This document shows, piece after piece, positions 40,702-50,724 of a stretch of 64,000 nt of DNA; positions within the stretch are counted from its first letter, which is position 1, and every line of letters starts with the position of its first letter. Origin of the DNA: Candidatus Heimdallarchaeota archaeon (GTDB taxonomy: Archaea; Asgardarchaeota; Heimdallarchaeia; Hodarchaeales; Hodarchaeaceae); contig CP070695.1 in NCBI GenBank assembly GCA_020353515.1, positions 3,520,050 through 3,584,049 on the forward strand, written 5' to 3'. The position numbers and the translations under genes are program-made. The notes under the pieces are model-generated. The model made no database searches. It saw only the letters and a list, made by a program, of their open reading frames with translations, and was not told the DNA's origin.

Positions 40702-41661
40702 CTATTTTGGCTCCTTGAGGCCTAAATCGATTAATTGACCATATACAACGGCAACAGCATAATTAGAGAACAACTCATTATAGGAAACATCGCTTCTCTT
40801 TTTCATTTCTAGTGTAGCAAATTGTTCTACTACATATCTCGTTTTTCCTTTCTCAGAGTATTTATTTTTAACGAAATCACGGAAATAATTCGAAAAATCA
40901 ACATGTTCCATCAAAACTTTTTTTACTCCTTCTTGACCTCTAACTACTCCAGCATGTGCAAATCCAACATTGAGAGGTTTTAAATCAATTATTTTCCTCA
41001 GGCTTTCCATATAAATCTTAAAATTAAATTCTGGAGGCATTGAACTGGGAACTGTCACTAATTTTTGTGAATGCATTAATCCTCCTGCACACTCACCTAT
41101 ATAGACGAATTCATTTATTCCATTATTAGATACTGTTGGACAAACGTGATCAGAAGTATGTCCAGGTGTTGATATAAGCTTAAATTGTTTTTTCAATCCA
41201 GGAATCGGAATGGATTCATTCTCTTTTACAATCTTATACGCATCATCAGGTAAAGGTTTCATTATTCCTATATGTTTACCAAAGGTTCTTTTTGCACGTC
41301 TAAGATGTTCTTTGGAATCTTGTAATAGTCTCTTGGTTGTTTCTGTTGTAACAATTTTCACATCAGGGCTATATTCTTTGATTTTCTTCCATAATTTCCA
41401 ACCACCTCCAAAGTGATCAAAATGATGATGTGATGGAACAAGGTATTTGACTTTTTCAAGTAAAATATTATTTTCTGTTAAGAACGTGAGTATGGAATCC
41501 ACATCATCTGACGTTCCAATGTCCATAATTGTAATTGACTCAGGGGTCATTAATATATATATTGAGCAAGAACGTGGTAAGTTGTATTGTAAAATGTCTA
41601 AATGATAAATATCGTCTGTTATCATACCTGATTTTTTTATAATATATTCAGAATCCGCCAA
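40702..41661 (-). CDS. MBL-fold metallo-hydrolase
   Basis: SHHHFDHFGG, TPGHTSDH, FAHAG. Confidence 0.9.
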   Translation of the reverse strand: MADSEYIIKKSGMITDDIYHLDILQYNLPRSCSIYILMTPESITIMDIGTSDDVDSILTFLTENNILLEKVKYLVPSHHHFDHFGGGWKLWKKIKEYSPDVKIVTTETTKRLLQDSKEHLRRAKRTFGKHIGIMKPLPDDAYKIVKENESIPIPGLKKQFKLISTPGHTSDHVCPTVSNNGINEFVYIGECAGGLMHSQKLVTVPSSMPPEFNFKIYMESLRKIIDLKPLNVGFAHAGVVRGQEGVKKVLMEHVDFSNYFRDFVKNKYSEKGKTRYVVEQFATLEMKKRSDVSYNELFSNYAVAVVYGQLIDLGLKEPK

Positions 41662-41854
41662 ATATTGCCTCCTTTTCCTATTACAGACAAATGTAGGTTA
41701 TTCTGACTTCTTAATTAAAATTATTCCTCCAAAATTCAGAATATATCATATTGAGACAATCAATCAATAGAAAAAAAAGAATTTTAACTCCCTACTCCTG
41801 ACCCGTATAAGGTTAATTTCCTTTAGGAACGTCATCATTGCTAAGGTGGTAGGA

Positions 41855-42013
41855 TTATTCTGGAAATTTATCTACCATCTCTTTAATACACTGAAGTCTA
41901 TCAATAACGTCACCAAGACATTCTTTGAGATGTTTCACTCTTTCTACTTGGTTCATCTCTTCATGATGACCTTTCTCATGCTTTCCACAAGAACATTTTT
42001 TATTTTCTGACAT
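41855..42013 (-). CDS. Small Cys/His-rich protein (52 aa; not in ORF track)
   Basis: Hand translation: MSENKKCSCGKHEKGHHEEMNQVERVKHLKECLGDVIDRLQCIKEMVDKFPE*; divergent from the HxlR gene. Confidence 0.6.
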   Translation of the reverse strand: MSENKKCSCGKHEKGHHEEMNQVERVKHLKECLGDVIDRLQCIKEMVDKFPE

Positions 42014-42129
42014 TTTTCTTCACTTTTACAAATTTTTTTTGAACTTTAATAAAGTGATTAACACCAAAAAATAAAGCTTAATAAATCCTTTACTAAACAC
42101 TTTGTTAGTTTCTACGGTGGAATTAAGAA

Positions 42130-42531
42130 TTGGAAACTCAATTAGAAATGGTGCAAAAATGCTTACCAATTGAAATCAATGGTATTTGCTTAAAACCACT
42201 TACAAAATACCTGAAATCAATCAGTAAAAAATGGATGATTTTTATCATCATGATTTTTCCAATAGAACATAATGAATTTAGTGGTAAAATTGAAAGACTA
42301 AGATATTCAGAAATCAAAACAAGAATTAAAGGATTAACATCAGAAAAAATAAGTGACACAACATTATCTGCACGTTTAAAAGAGCTAGAAGCAATTAAAA
42401 TCCTTAAGAAAGAACATTTCGCAGAAATTCCCCCTAGAGTTGAGTATTATCTAACTCCACTAGGTATCCAATTGCGAAATAGTCTTCTACCACTTATTGA
42501 GTGGGCAGTCCACGCATGTCATGAAACATGA
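42130..42531 (+). CDS. HxlR-family winged-HTH transcriptional regulator
   Basis: SKKW, RYSEIK, ISDTTLSARLKELE, EIPPRVEYYLTPLG. Confidence 0.9.
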   Translation: METQLEMVQKCLPIEINGICLKPLTKYLKSISKKWMIFIIMIFPIEHNEFSGKIERLRYSEIKTRIKGLTSEKISDTTLSARLKELEAIKILKKEHFAEIPPRVEYYLTPLGIQLRNSLLPLIEWAVHACHET

Positions 42532-44075
42532 CGTTGATAGATTTTACTAAGTCTAGCGATTTCCTTGCTTTGTTTATTTGTTAATTGCTCCCATGTAAAA
42601 CGCCATTCCCAATTATGACTTTCAGTTCCAGGATAATTCATTCTTCCTTCAGATCCTAAACGAAGTAGATCTTGTAGAGGAATTATACTAATTTTCGCAA
42701 CAGAACTCCAAGCTAGACGAATTAAATCTCTAACTATATCTTCTCCATCAGAATTAAGATAGCTCAATACTTCTTGCTTAACTTCTTTAGGTACAGTTCG
42801 AAACCAACCGAGGGTTGTATCATTGTCGTGAGTACCAGTATAAACGACCGTATTAGGGATATAGTTGTGGGGAAGATAGTCATTTCCAATATATTCTTCC
42901 TCTTCAATTCCAAAGGCAAATTGTAATACTCTCATGCCTGGAAATCCAGTTTGTTGAAGTAATTCATCAACGGCAGGTGTGATTATCCCGAGGTTTTCAG
43001 CAATAACTGGTAAAAATCCACAGACTTTCTTTAAGGTTAAAAAGAGATTAATACCTGGACCTTTAACCCATTTTCCATTAATGGCAGTTGTTTCTTCAGC
43101 CGGTATCTGCCAATACGCCTCAAATCCTCTAAAATGATCAATTCTTAGAATGTCAACAAGAGAAAAATTATGATTAATTCTTTTAATCCACCATTTATAC
43201 CCATTTTTTTGCATTCGATCCCATCGATAAATTGGATTTCCCCAACGTTGCCCTGTTTCAGAAAAATAGTCTGGTGGTACCCCAGCGACGTATTCCATTT
43301 CTCCATGATTGTCTAGATAAAAAAGATGTGGATTAGACCAGACATCTGCAGAATCATAAGCAACAAAAATTGGAATATCTCCGATTATTCTCACTTTCTT
43401 CTTATGAGCATAGTTCTTAGCATCATTCCATTGCTGAAAAAAAAGAAATTGACTAAATTTATGAAATTCTATCTTTTCTTGATGGCTTTTTTTCCATGAA
43501 GAGATTGCAGAAGAATCACGTATTCTTAACGATTCTTCCCATGTGTTCCATGCACGTAAATCATGTTCCTCTTTGATTGACATAAAAAGTGCAAAATCCT
43601 CTAGCCAATAATTGTGGGTTTCTAAAAACATTTTATACTGTGTCTGGACTGAGGATGAAAGATTTTTAGTGAAATTCGTATACGCCTTATTTAAAATCTC
43701 TGATTTAAACTCAAATACTTTTCCAAATTCTACTTTGATTTCAGGGAATTTAGGGATATTTATTTCATCAAAAGAAAGTAACCCAAGGTCAATGAGTTTC
43801 TCAGGACTAATCAACAACGGATTTCCTGCAAACGTTGAAAATGACTGATAAGGAGAATTTCCATAACCAGTGGGTCCTAGGGGTAAAATTTGGAGAAGGT
43901 GTTGGCGACTTGAGTGTAAAAAGTCTATAAACCGATAGAATTCTGATCCAAGATCTCCTATACCATACTTCCCAGGTAAACTTGTAAGGTGAACCAAAAT
44001 TCCTCCCTTACGATATTTTAGGAAAGAGGTTTCTAACGAAAGATGATCAGTAGTTCGGGATGATTTCATCCTCAA
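42519..44075 (-). CDS. malQ: 4-alpha-glucanotransferase (amylomaltase, GH77)
   Basis: QILPLGP, SPYQS, IIGDIPIFV, GVPPDYFS, RIDHFRGF, YTGTHDNDT. Confidence 0.96.
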   Translation of the reverse strand: MRMKSSRTTDHLSLETSFLKYRKGGILVHLTSLPGKYGIGDLGSEFYRFIDFLHSSRQHLLQILPLGPTGYGNSPYQSFSTFAGNPLLISPEKLIDLGLLSFDEINIPKFPEIKVEFGKVFEFKSEILNKAYTNFTKNLSSSVQTQYKMFLETHNYWLEDFALFMSIKEEHDLRAWNTWEESLRIRDSSAISSWKKSHQEKIEFHKFSQFLFFQQWNDAKNYAHKKKVRIIGDIPIFVAYDSADVWSNPHLFYLDNHGEMEYVAGVPPDYFSETGQRWGNPIYRWDRMQKNGYKWWIKRINHNFSLVDILRIDHFRGFEAYWQIPAEETTAINGKWVKGPGINLFLTLKKVCGFLPVIAENLGIITPAVDELLQQTGFPGMRVLQFAFGIEEEEYIGNDYLPHNYIPNTVVYTGTHDNDTTLGWFRTVPKEVKQEVLSYLNSDGEDIVRDLIRLAWSSVAKISIIPLQDLLRLGSEGRMNYPGTESHNWEWRFTWEQLTNKQSKEIARLSKIYQRHVS

Positions 44076-44130
44076 TTCTCCAAGATAAAGAAATTAATAA
44101 AGTTAATTTACCTTTAATCGTAAGGATACC

Positions 44131-44775
44131 TCAAAAGAACTCTTTTCTTTTATTTTGCTGTTTTTTGAGTATTACAAAAAATAAGCTTATTAACCCTAAT
44201 GTTAATTCAAATGAAGGTGTATTTATTGATTGTTTTGAGGAAGAAGAGGTTACTTCAGACGAAAGTTGTGTAGTATTTCTGGATGAGGTTATAGTTATTG
44301 TTGGTTTAATGAAAGGTCCAGTTTCATAAGGATAACCCGCATTTTTCCATGCATTAAACCCACTGTCCATATTGTTAACTTGGGTATATCCCAATGAGTC
44401 AAGGGTGTTACTGGCAGTGACAGAACGACCGCCAGATCTACAATAAACAAGAATGGGTTTAGATTTGTTTTTTGGAAGTTCATTTTCACGTGCTGAAATA
44501 TCATTCACAGGAATTAGGTAGGCTCCAGAAATATGACCATCCTCAAACTCCCATGGTTCTCGTACATCAAGAATAAATAGTTCGTCATTACTCTCAATTA
44601 AATCTTTTGCTTCAGAAACAGAAATCGTAACATAACTCCCTTTTGATATTATTCCAGTGACTGAATAGCATCCATAAGATAATGAAAGGAAGATAATAAA
44701 AAAAATGCAAACCAAAACCCAATTTTTTGTCATTTCGGCCTCTGTCTTCATTTTTATCAGCTTAAATAACCACAA
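44131..44775 (-). CDS. Exported rhodanese-domain protein with C-terminal sorting/anchor signal
   Basis: Signal-like N-terminus; LDVRE...GHISGA; YCRSGGRS; Ser/Thr linker; TPSFEL, TM and basic tail. Confidence 0.88.
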   Translation of the reverse strand: MWLFKLIKMKTEAEMTKNWVLVCIFFIIFLSLSYGCYSVTGIISKGSYVTISVSEAKDLIESNDELFILDVREPWEFEDGHISGAYLIPVNDISARENELPKNKSKPILVYCRSGGRSVTASNTLDSLGYTQVNNMDSGFNAWKNAGYPYETGPFIKPTITITSSRNTTQLSSEVTSSSSKQSINTPSFELTLGLISLFFVILKKQQNKRKEFF

Positions 44776-44814
44776 AAGATTTCTTAAAGGTTTTTCTTAT
44801 GAACTCATAATGAA

Positions 44815-45831
44815 TTAATGGAAATATTTCATATGGGCTCTATAACGAATTTCGCTGTCGAATTTTTTAGGACATAATTTACACCGATATTTAATACAAC
44901 TATTTTTCCTTTCATGAAGTCGAAGATCAACTAGACGATCGAATTTTTTCCCACACCTTGCGCATTTCAAATTCTGTTTTTTTTTAACTTTTTTTGCAAT
45001 TGGAGGAGGTGAAGAATCAAGTTTTTTCCTATAGATCCTATGTCTTAGTGAAAAAACATCAAAACTCTCTTTAAAAGATTGAGGGAGTATTTCCGTTCTG
45101 CCTAGAATCAGGAAACCGTTAGGAACCAACAAATTATCGAATTTTCTAAATATTTCCTTCTGAATCTCTTTAGAAAAATAAATTATCACGTTCCTACAAA
45201 AGATTATATTTAATTTTGGGAATCTATAGTTATCTTTCAATAAGTCTAGGTATGAATAATCCACCATTTTTCTGATATTATATTTTACTCTTTTTCCCTT
45301 TGCAAAAGGTTCAAAGTACTTCACTAGAAATTCCTTTGGAATATTTTCTAAGATTTCTCCCTCATAGATACCTCTTCTAGCTATCTGAAGAAGTTCATCA
45401 TTGAAATCTGTTGCGTAGATCTTCACATCATATTTTAGAAAATGATTACCTAGAGTATGATGGACAATAGAAGCAATACTATAGGATTCAGATCCTACAG
45501 CACAACCTGCACTCCAAATACGAAGAGAAGGAGATATTTCTCTTTCTTTGATTTCCTTTACATAGAAACTTAGTATTCTTTGAACTTCTTCCCATGTATC
45601 TGGGTCACGAAAATATTTGGTAACATTAATTGAAAGGCTCTTCTTAAGTAAGTTAATTTCCTTATCATTCTGGATTAGAATATCATAATAATCCTCATAT
45701 GTTTTACAATTATGACCCCTCATTCTAATAGCTAATCGGCGACTAATATATTTGTCTTTGTAAGAACTGATGTCACATCCCCTTTTATAGAGATATTGTT
45801 TGATTAAATTAAGTTGTTGATCAGGAAGCAT
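44815..45831 (-). CDS. cheR: CheR-type protein-glutamate O-methyltransferase with two C-terminal zinc fingers
   Basis: INVTKYFRD, RIWSAGC..G.E.YS, IYATD, IFCRNVIIYF, LILGRTE; C-terminal CARCGKKF...H...C and CKLCPKKF...H...H. Confidence 0.88.
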   Translation of the reverse strand: MLPDQQLNLIKQYLYKRGCDISSYKDKYISRRLAIRMRGHNCKTYEDYYDILIQNDKEINLLKKSLSINVTKYFRDPDTWEEVQRILSFYVKEIKEREISPSLRIWSAGCAVGSESYSIASIVHHTLGNHFLKYDVKIYATDFNDELLQIARRGIYEGEILENIPKEFLVKYFEPFAKGKRVKYNIRKMVDYSYLDLLKDNYRFPKLNIIFCRNVIIYFSKEIQKEIFRKFDNLLVPNGFLILGRTEILPQSFKESFDVFSLRHRIYRKKLDSSPPPIAKKVKKKQNLKCARCGKKFDRLVDLRLHERKNSCIKYRCKLCPKKFDSEIRYRAHMKYFH

Positions 45832-46026
45832 TTAGTTTCTTCTCAAGAATTCTTTGAATCATAACTTGGAAATCTTATGAAAGCTTATTCAAGAGTGAAC
45901 TGAGAGGTGGTTATTCTTACTGGAATATGAAAGTAAACAATCATCTATTACTTTAAAATATCAGCATTTAAATCATACAGTAAGAAAGAAATGATTCACG
46001 GATAGATCTAAGAAAGAATAGAAACG

Positions 46027-46374
46027 GTGAAATTTATGTCTAAAATTGAGGAGTTCAATTCATATAGAGAAAAAATGAATGAAGTTATTCTGAAAGAAGC
46101 AAATCTAGAGATTAAGAGGTTTTTTAATCTAGATTCACGTGCTTATAGTACAGGAGTTCTTTCCTCTAAGGTTAAAGAATTATTGGGATTAGTCGCCAGC
46201 CTTGTATTAAGATGTAATGATTGTATCACTTATCACATTCTGCAGTGCCATGAATTAGGTGTATCTAAAGAAGAATTTTATGAGGCATTCAACGTAGCAC
46301 TAGTTGTTGGAGGATCTATTGTAATCCCACATCTGAGAAGAGCAGTGGAAATTCTAGAAGAATGTTTTCAATGA
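46027..46374 (+). CDS. Carboxymuconolactone decarboxylase/AhpD-like protein
   Basis: KELLGLVASLVLRCNDCITYH, VALVVGG. Confidence 0.88.
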   Translation: MKFMSKIEEFNSYREKMNEVILKEANLEIKRFFNLDSRAYSTGVLSSKVKELLGLVASLVLRCNDCITYHILQCHELGVSKEEFYEAFNVALVVGGSIVIPHLRRAVEILEECFQ

Positions 46375-46442
46375 AATTTGTTATTTGTTAACAAACCACT
46401 ATTGTATTACCTTAAGAAAATAACAATTGGTTCTTTCTGGAC

Positions 46443-47777
46443 ATGATAAAAGTGGTAGGAATTACAGAAAAATTGCTAGAGTTTAAGCTTCTTGTTGGAT
46501 CAGAGTCAGAGAAGGGGTTCGTTTTCTCTCGCCATAAAATCTTCATTGTTTTTTGTTACTGTTTAAGCTTTATCCTTATTTTTATTCATTTTGCTACCTT
46601 ACCTGAGTCAGTAATCACTGATTGTAAAAATGCATATAGTGCAGGTCAAGAATGTAACCTCCCCAGTTCGGGATCATTGATTTTGGCAGTTTTTATCTAT
46701 TTATATATCTCATTTATGGCAATAGTAACAATATTTCGAAACGGAACCTTACCTTCTCGCTCCACAATAAGATTTCCTTCCCTGAGGAGGCGATATAAGA
46801 TATTAATTCTTTTTTTACTCTTTTTCTTTACTGGTTTAGTATTTGCGACCCTATACATTTCTATATTTGGCACTTTCCTTTTAGTTGTCTACTTGGGCCC
46901 TGTTATGTTCTATATCTGGATGATTCTGGAACCCTTCTTTTTATTAAGTGGAATTTTAGTATTTATTGACATTATTGACGCTGATTACCCCTTTCAGGGT
47001 TATACATCAAGAAATAAAAGATCTTTATGGTTTATTTTTATTATTGGATTCAATTTACCACTTTATTTCACTTGGTTCTTAATAAATAGAACAACCCCAG
47101 GAGACTTTGCAGAATTCGACATTTTAGGTTTAATAGATTTTTCTCTCTATAAACCTGGAGTAGTTTCATTTACTAGAACTTTCACCTCGGTTTTGACCTT
47201 AGCTCTCATTTTCATCACTCTGTGGTGGATAAAAGATCGATATAAGGTAAAATCAGCTTCAAGAGAACGAAAAAAAGGATTTTTACCTTGGTTTTTGGCA
47301 TTTACATTAATTTTCATTACTATAACTGTTGTACCTTTGATGATAAGTACAAGAGGTTCATTAAAACAAATTCAATCCATTTGGGACATATTAGGGTTAT
47401 TTACCGCGTTAATCATGGGTTTATGGCGTGTTTTAGGTCTAAAACACCGAGAAGAGCCCTTACATGGATGGGAACGAATAAATCCAAACCGAATTATTGC
47501 TCGGATTCATCCATATTCAAAAGCTCTTATTCTATTTGTGGTGTCGATTTTTGCATTCTTTGCTTCTATTCAAGCAGCAACCATTTCTGGAATCACTGGA
47601 CAACCTGATTCTCTTCAACTCTTGAGTTTATCTCTTTTGGCAGAATTCATTGGACTCTCCTTCATTATAGTTATCTGGCGTTATAAAGGGAAAGAAAGAA
47701 CATCTGATCCTGGATTTTTAAAATCTACTCAAAAACTTGTCAAAGACAAAGTTCAAAAATTCCGAGATTCTTTTTAA
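46443..47777 (+). CDS. Multi-pass hypothetical membrane protein
   Basis: About 10 hydrophobic segments; no family recognised. Confidence 0.75.
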   Translation: MIKVVGITEKLLEFKLLVGSESEKGFVFSRHKIFIVFCYCLSFILIFIHFATLPESVITDCKNAYSAGQECNLPSSGSLILAVFIYLYISFMAIVTIFRNGTLPSRSTIRFPSLRRRYKILILFLLFFFTGLVFATLYISIFGTFLLVVYLGPVMFYIWMILEPFFLLSGILVFIDIIDADYPFQGYTSRNKRSLWFIFIIGFNLPLYFTWFLINRTTPGDFAEFDILGLIDFSLYKPGVVSFTRTFTSVLTLALIFITLWWIKDRYKVKSASRERKKGFLPWFLAFTLIFITITVVPLMISTRGSLKQIQSIWDILGLFTALIMGLWRVLGLKHREEPLHGWERINPNRIIARIHPYSKALILFVVSIFAFFASIQAATISGITGQPDSLQLLSLSLLAEFIGLSFIIVIWRYKGKERTSDPGFLKSTQKLVKDKVQKFRDSF

Positions 47778-48553
47778 TAGTCTACTCTAAAGTAGTACCT
47801 TTGTCGAGTACCAAGTGTACGATGATCTTTAAGAAAAGAATAACCTTGATTTTGAAGATACTCTGTGAGGTTTTTATGTAATTTAGGAAGTGTGAGTTGA
47901 AAATAAACCTTTAGAGGAGCTTCAAAGCTTCTGATTTCTTCAATCAATCTTAGAATGAACTCATCACCTTCTTCTCCACCCACTAATTCGAGTTTTTGTC
48001 CAGCAAATCCTTTAATTAATGACTTTTTATGGAAATAGGATAGGTCATATTGAGGGGGATTACATATTATAGCATCAAATGTAGCCAAAGAATCAAAATA
48101 ACCCTTAAGAATCGAATTAGTATCTCTTACTTTTATTAACAGAATTTGAGATTCAAAATTGTTTTCTTTGATGTTATTTCTTGCACTTTGATAAGCAACT
48201 TCATCGAGCTCTGTTGCCTTCACATGACAACCTAATTTCGCTAGCATCATTGATAGAATCGCTGAAGCTCCTGTACCAACTTCTAGTACTTTCGAGGGTA
48301 TTTTCTCATGAATTATCCAACATACAAACTCCCATCTGCTACAAATCGTTGGAATGAGATATCCTGGTGGAACAGTAAAATCTAATCCCATGAAGTCCTG
48401 CAGAACTAGCCTATTATATAGTAGTAAGGCTTGACTGTTCCCTAAATCGATTTGATCACCATTGATTGCATATTTTCTTAGGGCTGGATATCGGGTAAAA
48501 GCTTCTTTGAAAGGAAGACCACACGGTTTTTCAGGGGAAAAAAGAGGGATCAT
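47774..48553 (-). CDS. RlmF/METTL16-related SAM-dependent adenine-N6 RNA methyltransferase
   Basis: YLIPTICSR, LEVGTGASAI, ATELD, CNPP, GGE. Confidence 0.8.
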   Translation of the reverse strand: MIPLFSPEKPCGLPFKEAFTRYPALRKYAINGDQIDLGNSQALLLYNRLVLQDFMGLDFTVPPGYLIPTICSRWEFVCWIIHEKIPSKVLEVGTGASAILSMMLAKLGCHVKATELDEVAYQSARNNIKENNFESQILLIKVRDTNSILKGYFDSLATFDAIICNPPQYDLSYFHKKSLIKGFAGQKLELVGGEEGDEFILRLIEEIRSFEAPLKVYFQLTLPKLHKNLTEYLQNQGYSFLKDHRTLGTRQRYYFRVDY

Positions 48554-48588
48554 GTTATATCAAGAAATATTCTCAAGTGTTTTTTTGA

Positions 48589-50028
48589 TTAGAGGATTGA
48601 TAAAGCTTTACTTAATGCCCTAATAGCATCATTTACTCCTTCTAAACCGACTGAATAACGAATAAGATTGTCTGAAACTCCCATTTTTTCACGCATTTCG
48701 GAAGTCATTTGTCCATGAGTCGTTGAAGCTGGATGACAAATCGTCGTATAGTTTCTTCCTAAATCAGCGACTTCTACTCCAAAATTAATAACTTCCACAA
48801 ATCGAACAGCTGCATCATACCCTCCAAGGATATAAAACGACAATAAATGACTGAATCCAACTGAATCATCTTCAAATCTCATTAATTTTTTAGCTAAATC
48901 GTGTTGAGGGTGTGAGGATAATCCTGGATAATTCACTTTTTCAATCTTATCATGCTTATCAAGAAAGTCTGCGATCTGAAGTGCGTTATCAGACATTGCT
49001 TTAATCTTTAATTGAAGTGTTACTAAATCATCCCAGATGGCTGCTGCAGATGGTGGATGCAAACAAGGACCCAAATTTCTAAAATGGCTTCTTTTTACCT
49101 TATTCACAAAATCCTCTCTCAAATCAGGTACTGATGTTGTTATATTCTTTTTTGCTATAATAGCTCCCCCAATAGCACGTCCACTACTTCCCATAACTTT
49201 TGAAATTGAATGAATTACAATATCAGCCCCATGTTCTAATGGCCGAAGGAGAGCGGGAGAAGCAACACTTGAATCGACAATAAGAGGAAGATTATAATCA
49301 TGAGCGAGCTTAGCAAGAGTAGGAATATTAGCAATGAATAAATTAGGGTTCGATGGGGTTTCTACATACAAAAGTTTGGTTTTTTGAATGATTTGTTCCT
49401 GCCAAGCTTCTACTGACCATGGTTCATGTACCCAATCAACAGTCCATCCCATTTTAGGATATGTTATGTTAAATAATTGTTCAGATCCACCGTAAATTTG
49501 ATTAGATGACAATATATGATCGCCTACTTCCAAAAAGGGCATCGTTGCCAAAAAAATCGCAGACATTCCAGATGACAAACATAAAGCTTGAGTTTCTTCA
49601 TCAATTGTCTTTCCTTCCAAAGCAGCTAATTTCATCGCTAAATGATCAATTGTTGTATTATCAATACGAGAATAGATTTTATTGGGATCATTAATTGTTT
49701 GAGAAGAAAGTAATAACGCCCCATCCAACAATGAATCAAAAGGCGCCCCTGTTGGGCTTGAAAATACTGGTAATGTCATAGATTTGAACATTTTCATATC
49801 ATCAGGACCATATAATCCCCACAAACTCACTGTATTGAATTCTTGATTTTTTGAGGAAAGTATTTGTTGTTGTCTTTGTATTAGTGTTTCAGCACTTCGC
49901 TTACGAAAATAATCCTCGTCAGATTTCGACTTTTTGAGCTTCTCGATTTCTCTTTCTAAATTGGTAATTCTCTTCTGAATATAAGACGAATTCTTTTTTA
50001 CTGGTTCTTGATTCATATCTAACACCAA
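48589..50028 (-). CDS. Cys/Met metabolism PLP-dependent enzyme (trans-sulfuration family) with N-terminal extension
   Basis: YSRIDN, SSGMSAI, YGGS, YVETPSNP, VIHSISK, HPASTTH, IRYSVGLE. Confidence 0.9.
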   Translation of the reverse strand: MVLDMNQEPVKKNSSYIQKRITNLEREIEKLKKSKSDEDYFRKRSAETLIQRQQQILSSKNQEFNTVSLWGLYGPDDMKMFKSMTLPVFSSPTGAPFDSLLDGALLLSSQTINDPNKIYSRIDNTTIDHLAMKLAALEGKTIDEETQALCLSSGMSAIFLATMPFLEVGDHILSSNQIYGGSEQLFNITYPKMGWTVDWVHEPWSVEAWQEQIIQKTKLLYVETPSNPNLFIANIPTLAKLAHDYNLPLIVDSSVASPALLRPLEHGADIVIHSISKVMGSSGRAIGGAIIAKKNITTSVPDLREDFVNKVKRSHFRNLGPCLHPPSAAAIWDDLVTLQLKIKAMSDNALQIADFLDKHDKIEKVNYPGLSSHPQHDLAKKLMRFEDDSVGFSHLLSFYILGGYDAAVRFVEVINFGVEVADLGRNYTTICHPASTTHGQMTSEMREKMGVSDNLIRYSVGLEGVNDAIRALSKALSIL

Positions 50029-50088
50029 TTATCTCTATTTCTAGATAAAAGTCCCATCCAAATTAACTTTCTTACAAATAAATTTTGA

Positions 50089-50724
50089 TTATAATGAGCA
50101 AAAATACGTCGTTTCGCCACTGATTTCTTTCATTCCTACAAAACCCATATTCTGAAGAATAGAAATGTTTTTTTCAGCTTCTGTAATCTTTTGTCCACTT
50201 TCTTGTGCAATCTCTTTAAGAGTTCCTTTCTCTAATGATATTAAAGCCAAGGCTGTAGATTGTAGTCGAGTGGGTAAGCTAAAAATCTCCGCAGTTCTGA
50301 GTTTTAAAGCAGGTTTAATTAATCTTGATTCGTCGATAACTGTTTCTTCTTGTACAATTTCGTGAATTTCTTTTTTGAAAGGTTCGAAAACGTTTAAATT
50401 GAAATCTCTCTGTGTTAATACATCCCCAAACTTCTTTATAAACCTTAATCCAATAGTCTGAATGATATTTTCTGGACTGTCGGGTACATCAGTAACTATC
50501 ACAATACGAATGGAACCAAACGATCTGGTATGATAAGAAAGACCCTCAATCTCAATAGAGTTGATTTCAGCGTCACTATCTGTCATTGCAGCCGTCATAT
50601 ATTGAATTGCGGTGAAAACTCCACCAAATAAAATACTATCTTTAATACCTTCAACAGATTGGAATTGTTCTGTTAATATTGTACGCCCATCGTCAGTTAT
50701 AACAAAGATTGCGTAGATAATCAT
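50089..50724 (-). CDS. Longin-like domain fused to winged HTH
   Basis: AIFVITDDGRTIL, LFGGVFTAIQYM, SIEIEG (Asgard longin-like); C-terminal GTLKEIAQESG...LQNMGFV. Confidence 0.75.
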   Translation of the reverse strand: MIIYAIFVITDDGRTILTEQFQSVEGIKDSILFGGVFTAIQYMTAAMTDSDAEINSIEIEGLSYHTRSFGSIRIVIVTDVPDSPENIIQTIGLRFIKKFGDVLTQRDFNLNVFEPFKKEIHEIVQEETVIDESRLIKPALKLRTAEIFSLPTRLQSTALALISLEKGTLKEIAQESGQKITEAEKNISILQNMGFVGMKEISGETTYFCSL

